A stretch of DNA of 63,644 bases, filler included, from Chiloscyllium plagiosum (lineage: Eukaryota): the NCBI RefSeq assembly GCF_004010195.1. It is 3 parts of one record of this genome, joined end to end, with 100 filler letters (N's around TTAATTAATTAA, not from the genome) between each part and the next. Parts side by side here need not be neighbours in the genome. Positions count along the whole stretch, not along the records: positions 1 to 31,486 come from NC_057715.1; positions 31,587 to 59,544 come from NC_057715.1; 1 more part is not named here. The stretch is one strand, 5' to 3'. The notes beneath the pieces were generated by a model, which saw only the letters and a list, made by a program, of their open reading frames with translations, did no database searches and had not been told where the DNA came from. Numbering within the stretch: the stretch's first letter is position 1; each line of letters begins with the position of its first letter. Shown here in pieces: positions 26,567 through 37,565 of this stretch. The translations under genes were made by a program, and so were the position numbers.

Positions 26567-27213
26567 TGTGATGATGCGGCTCCTTTAACAAGGTTATGTT
26601 GCCCTTGTTTTTTTTTCCAGGAGATCATAAAAAATGCAGGTTCCAAAAAGTTGGGTTTAAAGGGTTTTAGGGCCAATTTGTTCATAACTAACAGATACTG
26701 CCTCATGCAAAAAGCTTTTAAGTTAAAAAAAAGCATTTGTACAGTGAAAGTGAAGTGGCCAGTTGTCCCAGCTCAGTTTTTCACTGGTTTGGGTCTGGCT
26801 ATTCACTGAAAACAGTCAGGCCATTGTGAAGCTGCTGCACCTATCAGAAGCAAGTCCACGCTGACCCTCTCTCTCCCTCTGACCTCTCTCCTGGAAGACC
26901 CTGTGTTTGATTTTAGCCTTTCTGCCAAGGGGTGTTTATGGGGATTGTAGCAAGTATTTGGAACAGCATCATTAAGTTGGGATAATCTGTTGGGTTTTCA
27001 GATAGGTTAAGTTATCCAGTATTTTGATCTCTTTTATTTGTATTTAATTTAGTAATGTTGTAAATAAATTCTGTTTTGTTTAAAACTCAGTGGTTTGACC
27101 AGTTGCGTCACTCCTGAAATATCTAGTCTACGCCTGCTGAAAACAACTAGCAACCTTAAGGTCTGGGCTACCTTTTTGAAATGGTTTGAGGGGGTCTGAC
27201 CTGATCCATAACA
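26567..27213 (+). repeat. 3' LTR of Gmr1-like copy 2 (647 bp)
   Basis: TGTGATGATG...CATAACA directly after the PPT; AATAAA at 27063. Confidence 0.85.
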
Positions 27214-27215
27214 CT

Positions 27216-27470
27216 ATCCATGGTGAAGTGGAGGGGGCTGGGATCAGAAAACTGGGAATTGTGGAAGAGTTATAAAACATCAGAAGAACCACAAATGTCA
27301 GTAAAATGAGAATGTATAAGAGGGAAGAAAATGGAGTCAAAATAGGAAGAAGTAAGTTTGGTGGGACTGTCAGGAAAGTCCTGTTTGTCACTTTTGGGAA
27401 GGAGATAGAAGCAGGCAGTACAGGCTTGGTGGGACTATGAGGTGAGAAGCTGGAGAGGACAGGTCTCCAA
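27216..27470 (-). mobile_element. Penelope-like reverse transcriptase fragment
   Basis: Minus strand encodes TACFYLLPKSDKQDFP...TKLTSSYFDSIF...HFTMD, matching the Penelope RT motifs FYLLPK(IH)K and (L)FTMD(V). Confidence 0.75.
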
Positions 27471-27499
27471 ATGAAATTTGAGTTTAGCCAAAGCCATTC

Positions 27500-28990
27500 A
27501 ACTTTGATCTTATTACTGGTCTGTTCCAAAACAGCCATATTCTGCAGTTGAGGTGAGAGTGACTGCCCTTGATATTATGGCAGCCTTTCACCAAACATGG
27601 CATTGAGGACCCTGAGCAAAACTGATGTCAATGGAAATCAGGGATTAAACTCTTCGCTGGTTGGAGTTACACCTGGCACATAGGAAGATGGTTGTGGTTG
27701 TTGGCAGTCAGTCATCTCAGCTCCAGGATATCGCCACAGGAGTTCCTCAGGATAGTGTCCAAGGCCCAACCATCTTCAGCTGCTCCATCAATGACCTTCC
27801 CTCCATCATAAAGTCAGAGTGGGGATGTTTGCCAATAACTGCACAATATTCAGCACCATGTGTGAGTGAAGCAGTCCATGTGCAATCACAGCAGAAGCTG
27901 GACAATATCTAGGCTTGGGGAATTAAAAATGGCAAATAACATTTTCACCATACAAATGGCAGACAATGACAGTTGACATTAAATGACATGACTGAAACTG
28001 AAACTCTCACTATTAACATCCTGAGATGACCAGAAACTCAACTGGACTTGCCTCATAAATGCAGTGGCTGTGAGACAAGATCAGAGTTAGGCATCGTACA
28101 GCAACTAACTCACCACCTGATTCCCTAAAGCCTGTCCACAACCTACAAGGCACAAGTTAGGAGTGTGATAGAATAACCTGCACTTGCCTGGATGAGTGCT
28201 GCTCCAACAACTCTCAGAAAGCTTGACAGCATCCAGTACAAAGCAGCCCAATTGATTGACACAACATTCACAAACATTCATTCCCTCCACCCCTGACGCT
28301 CAGGAGCAGCAATCTGTACTATCTACAAGATGCACTGCAGAAATTCACCACAGAACCTTAGACAGCATCTTCCAAACCCATGACCACTTCCAACCAGAAG
28401 GACAAGGGCAACAGATGTATGGGAATATCACCACCTGCAAGTTCCCTTCTGAGCTGCTCACCATCCTGACTTGGAAATGTAGCGCCGTTCCTTCACTACC
28501 ACTGGTTCAAAATCCTGGAACTCCCTCAGTAATGGCATTGTGGTCTACTTACAGCACATGGACTGCAGTGGTTCAAGTCGGCAACTCACAATCACCTTAG
28601 AATCTTCAAATCCCTACAGTGTGGAAATAGGCCCTTTGGCCCAACAAGTCCACACCGATCCTCTGAAGAGTATCCCACCTAAACCCATTTCCATTACTCT
28701 ATATTTACCTCTGACTAATGCACCTATCCTCCACATTTAGCATGGCCAATTCACCTAACTTGCACATCTTTGGATTGTGGGAGGAAACCGGAGCACCTGA
28801 AGGAAACCCACGCAGACACAGGGTGAATGTGCAAACTCCACACACGCAGTCGCCCGAGGCTGGAAGCGAACCCAGGTCCCTGTGAGGCAGCAGTGCCAAC
28901 TACTGAGCCACCTTCTCAAGGGCAATTAGGGATGAGCAATAAATGCTGCTCCAGCCAGCATCAGCCACATCCTATGAATTAATATTTTTT
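27500..28990 (+). mobile_element. CR1/L2-group LINE RT-to-3' end, interrupted by a V-SINE
   Basis: VTALDI..AF and TGVPQDSVQGPTIFSCSINDLP; 3' tail GGGCAATTAGGGATGAGCAATAAATGCTG...CCACATCCTATGAAT. Confidence 0.85.
28597..28912 (-). mobile_element. HE1-type V-SINE
   Basis: tRNA-like head GGTGGCTCAGTAGTTGGCACTGCTGCCTCACAG, V-domain GTGTGGAGTTTGCAC...GGTTTCCTCCCACA, CR1-like tail. Confidence 0.85.
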
Positions 28991-29819
28991 AAAGCTTATT
29001 TTAGTATAACATTTCGATTAGTTGGAGAGTGTCCAATTACCCTTCTCATTGGGAAACTGATCTCACTAGGATTGTCGATATTATTATCTCAGTGGGTTTT
29101 TTTTTACTATGAATTGCTGTGGATTACTTTACAACATAAAAATGTTCCAGCTTAAAATTCATTTATTCATCTCTACATTTCAAAGCTGCATGTTTAGAAT
29201 AACTGGAGGGAATCTAGTAAGTAAAATATATTAAAAAAACAACAGAGAACAATATAAGTCTAAATTTAGTTACCAATTTATTATGCTTCACAGTGCTTCA
29301 TATACAATAAACTACTTTGAAGTACAGCAATTTATTAGATGGGGCAAATGCAGACAATATTTAATGCACACAATACAATTGATGCTCGTGGCGGAATGAG
29401 AAGCTGGGCCATGAGAAGAATTCTGTGTTCTTCTTCTTCTTCCAATAGTGCCAGAAAATTGTTATTGTTTACTGAAGTAAGTAGAACAGAAAATCAGGGT
29501 TTTGTTTGAATATTTTATCCCAAAGGTAGCCATTTCAATGGCGAAGTGGTTATGTGAGGAGTAGCCGATCTAATTTCATCAGTTTTGCAGAAGTGTTGGA
29601 AGTCTCATGGGACCCCCAAGGCCAACCACAGCAAGCAGCCCCAAAAACTGTGCCAAATGTTGGCTTCAGTCAGGAGCCCTCTATCATCAGGCAGATGCCT
29701 GTGGAACTCCCACTGGTCCTCAAATGGGCACCTAATTATGCGGAGAACCTACCTTCTGTAACCAGCTGGTACCCTCGACTGGCTCCAGGACGATTGCTGG
29801 GGGTGGTAATATCATGGGT

Positions 29820-29950
29820 TTAGATCAGAGTGGTGCTGGAAAAGCACAGCAGTTCAGGCAGCATCCAAGGAGCAGGAAAATCGATATTTCAGGCAAAAAC
29901 CCTTCATCAGGAATAGAGGCAGGAAGCCTCCAGGGTGGAGAGATAAAATG
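29820..29950 (-). mobile_element. Penelope-like 3' end (family A variant) with hammerhead-like core
   Basis: Minus strand CTGATGAAGGGTTTTTGCCTGAAATATC (29910-29883), followed by the family tail. Confidence 0.7.
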
Positions 29951-31099
29951 TGTAGGCCCAGTCACTCAACATTTCTATCTCTGACATTCCTTCTGGTCTC
30001 ACCTTCAAGTCTGGGAAGATTCCATACTTTGACTCCCATCGAGCTATAATTTGAACCAAACATGAACACACTATAGATAGCATTAAAATAAATAATCTAG
30101 CAATGAGGACAACTTTGCGAATATGACAGGAAGAACTATGTGCATTACTTCACTTGAAATATGAAAATGTTTTAGAAGAATTGGTTTATGAGCTGGCTAA
30201 GGATAAAAGCAGTGGCATTACAGAGAATGGATAAAATCATCCACAAACTAATCTTAATGCGATGACAATCTTTGTAAGAGTTTTAGAATAATATACTTTT
30301 TGTTTGATTTCATCAAACTGTTCTTAGGCTTTGCTGAGTTTGGATAAATTGCAAATGAAGCCAACCAAGTTTGTTCCATCTCAGCATTGACCTTGAAGCT
30401 GAAAGCAGTGCCTTCCTCCAGCTATCCTGGCATCTGCAATTTCAGTCAAACAATTACAGAACTGTGACAGTTGTTTCTGATATAATTTCCATCCAGGCAT
30501 GTAGCTTGTTAAAATACTGCATGCTCTGAGTAATGCAGAGCCGACTCATTAAAGTTATAAATTGACCATATGAGACAGAAAACAACATTAGCATGCAATA
30601 TTACAATAATGAAATGGTTATCAGATGCTAATGATGGAATACTGCATAACTAATATATGGTCACCCTCACCATAGCTGTTGAAACAAGCTGTACATTCAC
30701 TTCCACAACTTTAGATAAATCTTCATATCTTTGAGAGAAGTGAGCATGTTGTGTTGTACTCTGCTTTTAAACATTTGTTAAATTAACTAATTGTTGATAT
30801 TCCATTAACTAAAAAGTGCACATTCCCTTGGGGATTCACTGTTGGTCATTTTATTGCAAAGCATAAAATTAATTTCTTGGCATGCTATTTTAGTTGGGCA
30901 GGGTTAACGCTCGTTGGCTTTTCCCTCAAAGAGCAATGAACTCTTGAGTATGTTGGTTTCTGCTGGAATCATTTGGGATGACCTGGGTAGATCATTGCCA
31001 TCAAACTCTTTTTGCTGATATTAATCTAAGCTACAGATACTACGTGAGGAAAGATGCCTGTACAAACTTCTCAACAGAAGATGGGATTAACCTTGATAA

Positions 31100-31486
31100 A
31101 CAATACGTACCTGTCAGGAACAAGTTGAATCTTTTGGAAACAGTAGAGACAGATGACACTGCCAGTCCATGAGGCGGCCAGGTCTGTCAATGAAAGGTTG
31201 GCGTGGAGGCAGAGCAGAAGAGTTGGACATCGCACAGAGCCATGGTAATAGGGGACTCCAGCGTGAGAGGAATTGACCGGGGTTTTTGTGGCAACAGGCG
31301 GGACTTAAGGATGGTGTGTTGCCTTCCTGGTGCTAGGGTTAAAGACATCACATTCAGAGTGCAGGAAATCCTCAAGGATGAAGATGAAGAGCCAGAGGTG
31401 GTGGTACATGTCGGCACAAATGATGTCGGGAAGAAGAGGAGGAACACACTACAGCGGGACTTCGGAGAACTAGGAAGAAGGCTGAA
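31100..31486 (+). mobile_element. CR1 LINE ORF1 fragment (SGNH esterase domain)
   Basis: MVIGDSSVRGIDR...MVCCLPGARVKDI...VVVHVGTNDVG, typical of the CR1 ORF1 esterase. Confidence 0.9.
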
Positions 31487-31586
31487 NNNNNNNNNNNNNN
31501 NNNNNNNNNNNNNNNNNNNNNNNNNNNNNNTTAATTAATTAANNNNNNNNNNNNNNNNNNNNNNNNNNNNNNNNNNNNNNNNNNNN
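31487..31586. other. Assembly gap with artificial linker (44 N + TTAATTAATTAA + 44 N)
   Basis: Exactly 100 bp; identical structure at 59545-59644. Confidence 0.95.
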
Positions 31587-32245
31587 GTATACTCCTACTT
31601 TCTTTATACTCTTCTAAGGATTCACTCGATCTATCCTGGCTATACCTTACATATGCTTCCTTCTTTTTCTAAATCAAACCCTCAATTTCTTTAGTCATCC
31701 AGCATTCCTTGTACCTACCAGCCTTCCCTTTCACCTTGACTTGAATATATTTTCTCTGGATTCTTGTTATCTCATTTCTGAAGGCTTCCCATTTTCCAGC
31801 CGTCCCTTTCCCTGCGAACATCTGTGTCCAATCAGTTTTTGAAAGTTCTTGCCTAATACTGTCAAAATTGGCCTTTCTCCAATTTAGAACTTCAACTTTT
31901 AGATCTGGTCTATCCTTTTCCATCACTATTTTAAAACAAATAGAATTATGGTCACTTGCCCCAAAGTGCTCCCCCACTGACACCTCAGTCACCTGCCCTG
32001 CCTTATTTCCCAAGAGTAGGTCAAGTTTTGCACTCTCTCTAGGAGGTACATCCACATACTGAATCAGAAAGTTGTCTTGTACGCACTTAATAAATTCCTC
32101 TCCATCTAAACCTTTAACACTATGGCAGTCCCAGTCGATGTTTGGAAAGTTAAAATCCCCTACCATAACTACCCTATTAGTCTTACAGATAGCTGAGATC
32201 TCCTTACAAGTTTGTTTCTCAATTTCCCTCTGACTATTGGTGGGA
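31587..32245 (-). mobile_element. CR1 LINE ORF2 endonuclease/linker fragment (young)
   Basis: MVGDFNFPNIDW...LDLLLGN...GASDHNSI, an open APE endonuclease C-terminus. Confidence 0.92.
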
Positions 32246-33541
32246 ACTAGTGAAACCTGAAGTCATTGAGGTAGCGAATTCCTTGCATATGAATTTGGTA
32301 TCTGTAGCTTAAAGCTTTAAAAGTTCAGAAAATTCTGTATGGAAAAATGTAGTGGATGCTATAAAATTAATAGTAGTTTAATTGGATAATTTAGTACTTA
32401 ACAATTTTACTTCATTAGAATGATTTCCATTTCTGCATTATTATATCTCAAAACATAATACATACTATAAATTACTTGAAGTGCAGTGAGTGGGTTAGAG
32501 GTAAACCACAACCACTTTGCTTATACGAAGATCCCAATTAGTAATGAATAGTTTCCATTCTTGCTTTGCTTTCTAGGACCTTAGAACATCCTAAATTGAT
32601 CTTTTGTCAATTAAATACTTTGGAAGGTGGTTACTGCAGTAATGAAGGAAATGTATTGAGATGAGTGATCAACTAATTTAGAGCAGTCAAAGACTAAGGA
32701 ATGTAATTGAAAAGTGAGAACCAGATCTTTCAGGAATGAAATTAAGAAACACGTCTTACACATAAAGTGTGGCCGAAGTTTGGACTGCTTTTCTGCAAGC
32801 AGCAATTAAAGTGAAATACAATGTCAATGCTTGATCGATTGTTAAATTTAAATCCGGGATTGAGAGCAGCAATGCAATAAAAAGGGTAGTTAATAGGGTG
32901 GAAACCTTCCAGCTTTATGTATATGAAATGAAAAAGATTGGCTGTGACCCGTTAGAAGGCATATTTAGGGCAATGTCTTTTTGTATGTAGGAATATGAGT
33001 CAGCTGTTTTGGGGAAAAACAAATTTGTTAGCTTGAGACTGCTATGTCAATTTAGATGCTGTGGTGTCTTGGAAATTAATGTTTTCTTTGTATGTAGTGG
33101 CATTACATTTAATACAGAGGTGTTGATTATTGAAGATATTAATTTAATTCTTCTAATTCTATTTATGTATGAATCCAAATACCTATGGATTTGTATTGAC
33201 ATGAGATTATATGGTATGTGACTGCATAATCCAGTGAGAGTTTGGGACAATGAAAAGGAGCCCCGAAAACCAGAAATGTGTAACCCTCAACAAAAAAATT
33301 GATCTTTCAGTAAAATACTCTCAACACAAAGGAAAGCTTGACTACTCTCAGCCTCTATTGTGGGGAGTGAATGAGGAGGTAGCAAGTTTGGTTAGATACA
33401 GAAGTCTTGACTGTTTGTTCCACTCCAGCTTTAAGATCTAATGGTAAATACAGAATTAAAAAAAAATGTTTTACACACGAGTGTGCTTGGAATGTTGGAT
33501 CTTGTTACTCTATGGAGTACTTGAGGTGAATAGGATACATT

Positions 33542-34088
33542 TATAGAGTCAAAGATGTACAGCCCAGAAATAGACCCTTCAGTCCAACTCGTTCATGCTG
33601 ACCAGATATCCTAAAGTAATCCACTCCCACGGACATTTGGCCCGTATCCCTTTCAATCCTTCCTACTCATATAGCCATCCAGATGCCTTTTAAATGTTGT
33701 GATTCTACCAGTCTCCATCACTTCCTCTGGCAGTTTGTTCCATACGCGCACCACCCTTTGCATGAAAAAGTTGCCCCTTAGGTCCCTTTCAAATCTTTCC
33801 CCTCTCGCCCTAAATCTATGCCCTCTAGTTTGGGGCTCCCCCAACTCAGGAGAAAAGACCTTGTCTATTTATCATGCCCCTCATGATTTTATAAACCTCT
33901 TTGAGGTTACCCCACTGCCTCCAATGCTCCAATTAAAATAGCTCCAGATTATTCAGCCTCTCCCGAAAGCTCATTCCCTCCAACCCTGGCAACATCCATG
34001 TAAATCTTTTCTGAACCCTTTCAAGTTTAAAGTTTAACAACATCCTTTCAATAGCAGGGAGATCAGAATTACACACAGTATTCCAAAA
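33542..34088 (-). mobile_element. CR1 (HER1-type) 3' end
   Basis: TRGHRFRARGERFERDLRGNFFMQRVVRVWNKLPEEV. Confidence 0.9.
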
Positions 34089-34379
34089 ATATTTAAGAAA
34101 GTTCTCAGTACACGAGCTAGAAAGGATAGAAGGATATGCTTAATATGGTTATATTATGTTGAAAGGAGGAGGCTCGTTTGGCACACAAACACCATCATGG
34201 TCAGTCTGGTCATTTGGATTGCTTATAGATTTAAATTCCAATAAAACACTAATATCCTAAAATCAATTTGGATGATACAGCAATAACTTTGCATTAATCA
34301 AGTGAGCTTAAAGTGTCAAGGTTCATATCAGTATGCTAAAAAAAAAAGTACTGCAAATTGTACAATAAATGGTTAATTG

Positions 34380-34530
34380 ATATGGAGGTATTAGGCTGGC
34401 GGGGTGGACAAAGTCAGAAGTTACACAACACCAGGTTATAGTCCTCACCTGATGAAGGGGCTGTGCTTCGAAAGCTTGTGATTTCATAAACCTGTTGGAC
34501 TATAACCTGGTGTCATGTGACTTCTGACTT
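34380..34530. mobile_element. Fold-back Penelope-like mini insertion (family C)
   Basis: 10-bp TSD TGGTTAATTG at 34370-34379 and 34531-34540; inverted arms 34409-34444 and 34497-34532; homologous to 21429-21626. Confidence 0.85.
34445..34481 (+). ncRNA. Minimal type-I hammerhead ribozyme motif, core intact
   Basis: UCAC-CUGAUGA-A-GGGGC-UGU-GCUUC-GAAA-GC-UU-GUGA: 4-bp stem I (UCAC/GUGA), 5-bp stem II with two G-U pairs, palindromic AGCU stem III. Confidence 0.7.
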
Positions 34531-34901
34531 TGGTTAATTGGTGAGATCACATACTGACATCAGACTCTTCAAATTGCCATTTAGATATTTAAAATACTCC
34601 ATGAATTCTCATTTAGATATTCTTCTTGTTTATGTCTGTCTTGTTATTCAGGAAACCAGAACTGGTATAGCTGCACAATTCTATTCATATACAGCTTGTA
34701 AGGCATCGAAAATGATTTCCTAAATCAGTAGGAACTTCTGTTCAACAGATATGACACAATCACAGTAATCCAGTTTATCAGCTCTTTCATCTAGTGTCAT
34801 AATCTTTGTGCACACTTAACATGGAAGCTATATCATCTTTCAGATACTTCAAAGAATCCAACATACAACATTTTGACATTCTAGTCTTTTGGCTAGAAAT
34901 A

Positions 34902-35155
34902 ATTTTTCTGATCAACCTGTCCAGCAATATCATTACACACCACTGGAGCAGGTCAGACTTGAACCTGGTGCTCCCAGTCTAGGGGTAGGTGTGCCACAAG
35001 AGAACCCCTATGACATGTTCTTCTAGACTACCTCACAATAGGAAGCATCTTCATGTTTTCTTTATCAATCCCCTTTCGTATCTTACATACCTTAATTAGA
35101 CCTTCTCTCATTCTTCAAACTGTAGCAAGTACAGGCTTAAACTGTTTAATCTCTC
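34902..35155 (+). repeat. 254-bp local direct duplication, copy 1
   Basis: Matches 36171-36424 with 5 substitutions by eye. Confidence 0.95.
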
Positions 35156-35869
35156 TTCCTAAAGTGTGTTTGGTAGTGGGAATTGCATTTAATCATGTGG
35201 GAAGGTGGTGGATAGGGAGACTTCTGCCTATCTACTACTGCCAATAATTATGTCTGGGTGGGAAGGTTTGTGAAACACCTTCCCATCCCAATACAGGTAA
35301 TTAATACTGTTGTGGATGGATAGTGAGTTGGCAAGGGGCAGTGGCTCACAATGTGAGAAACCGAAAAAGGTATGCCCAACAGTGGGCTTCCAAGGATGGT
35401 TCTTCATTCAAAGGTACTCATTGTTAGGTGAAGGGGCCAAGCATCAGAAGTGGGAGGTTGTGGAGGTCTAGAATCTGGTTTCCAGCATCTGCAGCCCTTG
35501 TTTTTACCAGGTTGTGGAAGTCTGCTGATCGCTAACAATATTTACCCTTCTTTCCAACACTCCTCCCCACCATCACTCACCAATGAACTGAGTCTTTTGG
35601 TGATCTTGGGCATTAGGGTGGAGCATATTCACAGTAGCCACACCCTCTTTTGTGGCAATGCCAAGCAACAGACAGCTGATGGCCTGATTGGCTAACAGCT
35701 CTTGCCACTGGGAGATGTTCACCATCCCCACCCAAACTCCCAAGTCTGTGATACAAGAGAAGTCTAATTAAGTGCCTGAAAGTAGGGAATAAAGTTTTCT
35801 TGTCAGCTCTCCAGCCATCACCTGCAATAAATTACCCAACTGAAATCTGTGACAATCAACAGTAATATT

Positions 35870-36650
35870 TAATATAAGAATCAGGAAAAGGCAATTCAGC
35901 TCCTCAAACCTGCTCCAATATTTGATACAATCATGGCTGATCTCATCTCAGCCTCAACTCCACTTTCCTGCCCACTCCCCTTTAACTCATCATTAATTAG
36001 AAATCTGTCTTATCTCCTTCTTTAAATTTATTCAGTATCCTGATATTCACCACTCTCTGCAGTTCAATGCCATAAATTCACAACCCTTTGAGAGAAGTAA
36101 CTCATTTTTACTTTAAATCTGCCAAACCTTAGACTAGGAGCTCACCTAACTTTTAAAAAAAAATGTAACTATTTTTCTGATCAACCTGTCCAGCAATGTC
36201 ATTACACACCACTGGAGCAGGTCAGACTTGAACCTGGTGCTCCCAGTCTAGGGGTAGGTGTGCCACAAGAGAACCCCTATGATATGTTCTTCTAGACTAC
36301 CTCACAACAGGAAGCATCTTCATGTTTTCTTTATCAATCCCCTTTCGTATCTTACATACCTTAATTAGATCTTCTCTCATTCTTCAAACTTTAGCAAGTA
36401 CAGGCTTAAACTGTTTAATCTCTCGTCATAAAACAAGCCTTTAATCTCTGAGCTTAATCTAGTAAATCTTCTCTGAACAACCACCAATGCCATTACATAC
36501 TTCCTCAAGGAAAGGGATCAAAACTGCATGCAGTCCTCCAGATGCAATCTCTTCTACAGTTGCAGCAATGCTTCCCTACTTTTATACTCTGTTTCTGAGC
36601 AACAACTGTTAAAATTTCATTTGCCCTCCTTATTACCAGCTGTAACCTGC
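35870..36650 (-). mobile_element. Decayed CR1 3' end containing a short tRNA-derived SINE (about 36150-36280)
   Basis: Reverse-complement CR1 terminus ATAAGAAATCAGGAAAAGGCAATTCAGC; the SINE has a B-box GGTTCAAGTC on the minus strand, with related copies near 6775 and 37245. Confidence 0.7.
36171..36424 (+). repeat. 254-bp local direct duplication, copy 2 (donor; short tRNA-SINE inside a minus-strand CR1)
   Basis: Matches 34902-35155; here the CR1 continues on both sides (about 35870-36650). Confidence 0.95.
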
Positions 36651-37349
36651 ATTCATTAAACAATTATAGATTGGTAAGTACTGCACATTTAAGCAACTGA
36701 TAGCATTGCTATTCTTAGATTTATCCTTCATTTAGTTAAAAATTTCCCATCAAGTTTCATTAAAGTCATCTAAAATCCTGTTACTAAATGGATTAATACG
36801 CGATAATATATATTAACTGTGTGACAATACAGATCATACAGGAAAAGGCTTAAACAGCTGCTTCAGCCTTTGAAAAATCCAATCAATCCTGAGTGCCCCT
36901 TTGAAAACAATGTAGTCCTTTAATAAACATTAGTTAACCCTCTAAACACTGGAGGGCAATACAAACCAATTACATAAGATGTATTAAACTGTCAGCATAA
37001 TGGGAAACGATGTAGGCTCTTATAAATGTTACCAATCTCTGAATGTTGAGTGTCATTAACTACTCTCAAATGAGTTTTTTTAAGCTTGCTTTCTCTCTTG
37101 TAGCTGCTGACTTTAATCTGTCCACAGTTTAAATGAAACGTTGGCCAATTTATTTTAAATGGACTAAAGCTTTCCATTAAAACAGTTTCAAGGGTGCCAG
37201 CAATTCTCTGACACCTTGCCTTAAATACCACTTGAATATGTTATTTTAATCAACCTTTTCAGAAAGGTTCCGGAATACCTTCTGGACTAGAGATAGGAAC
37301 ACTATCACTGTGCCACAAGAGTTCCCATAGTATGTAATGACATCCCACC

Positions 37350-37565
37350 CAGACCCATTCCCCAACCCTATCCCTGTAACCCTGCATTTCCCACAGCTAT
37401 TCTACCTAGCCCACACACTTTTAGCCTGTGGGAGGAAACCAGAGCATCTGGAAGAAACCCACACAGACACAAGTAGAACGTGCAAACTCCATAGAGTCAC
37501 CCAAGGCTAGAATCAAACCTGGGTACCTGGCACTATGAGGTAGCAGTATTAACCACAGTGCCATC
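37350..37565 (-). mobile_element. V-SINE fragment
   Basis: TGTGGGAGGAAACCAGAGCA...GTGCAAACTCCA...GCAGTATTAACCAC, homologous to 28597-28912. Confidence 0.8.

Larger units (their letters stand above)
24344..27213 (+). mobile_element. Gmr1-like Ty3/gypsy LTR retrotransposon, copy 2 (3' half, defective)
   Basis: Integrase C-terminus GHEVRG...GDKVLVLLPVIGEPLKARFSGPYQV precedes RT (VDYRKVNAVT, KLDLLRGYWQVPL, YIDDL) and RNase H (VAIDTHDVGVGAVL...ADTLSSLE); PPT at 26556-26566; 3' LTR 26567-27213. Confidence 0.92.

Noticed and set aside
31531..31542. TTAATTAATTAA palindrome (also 59589-59600) as a biological site
   Set aside because: Centred in symmetric 44-N flanks totalling exactly 100 bp, twice; an artificial contig linker with stops in all six frames.
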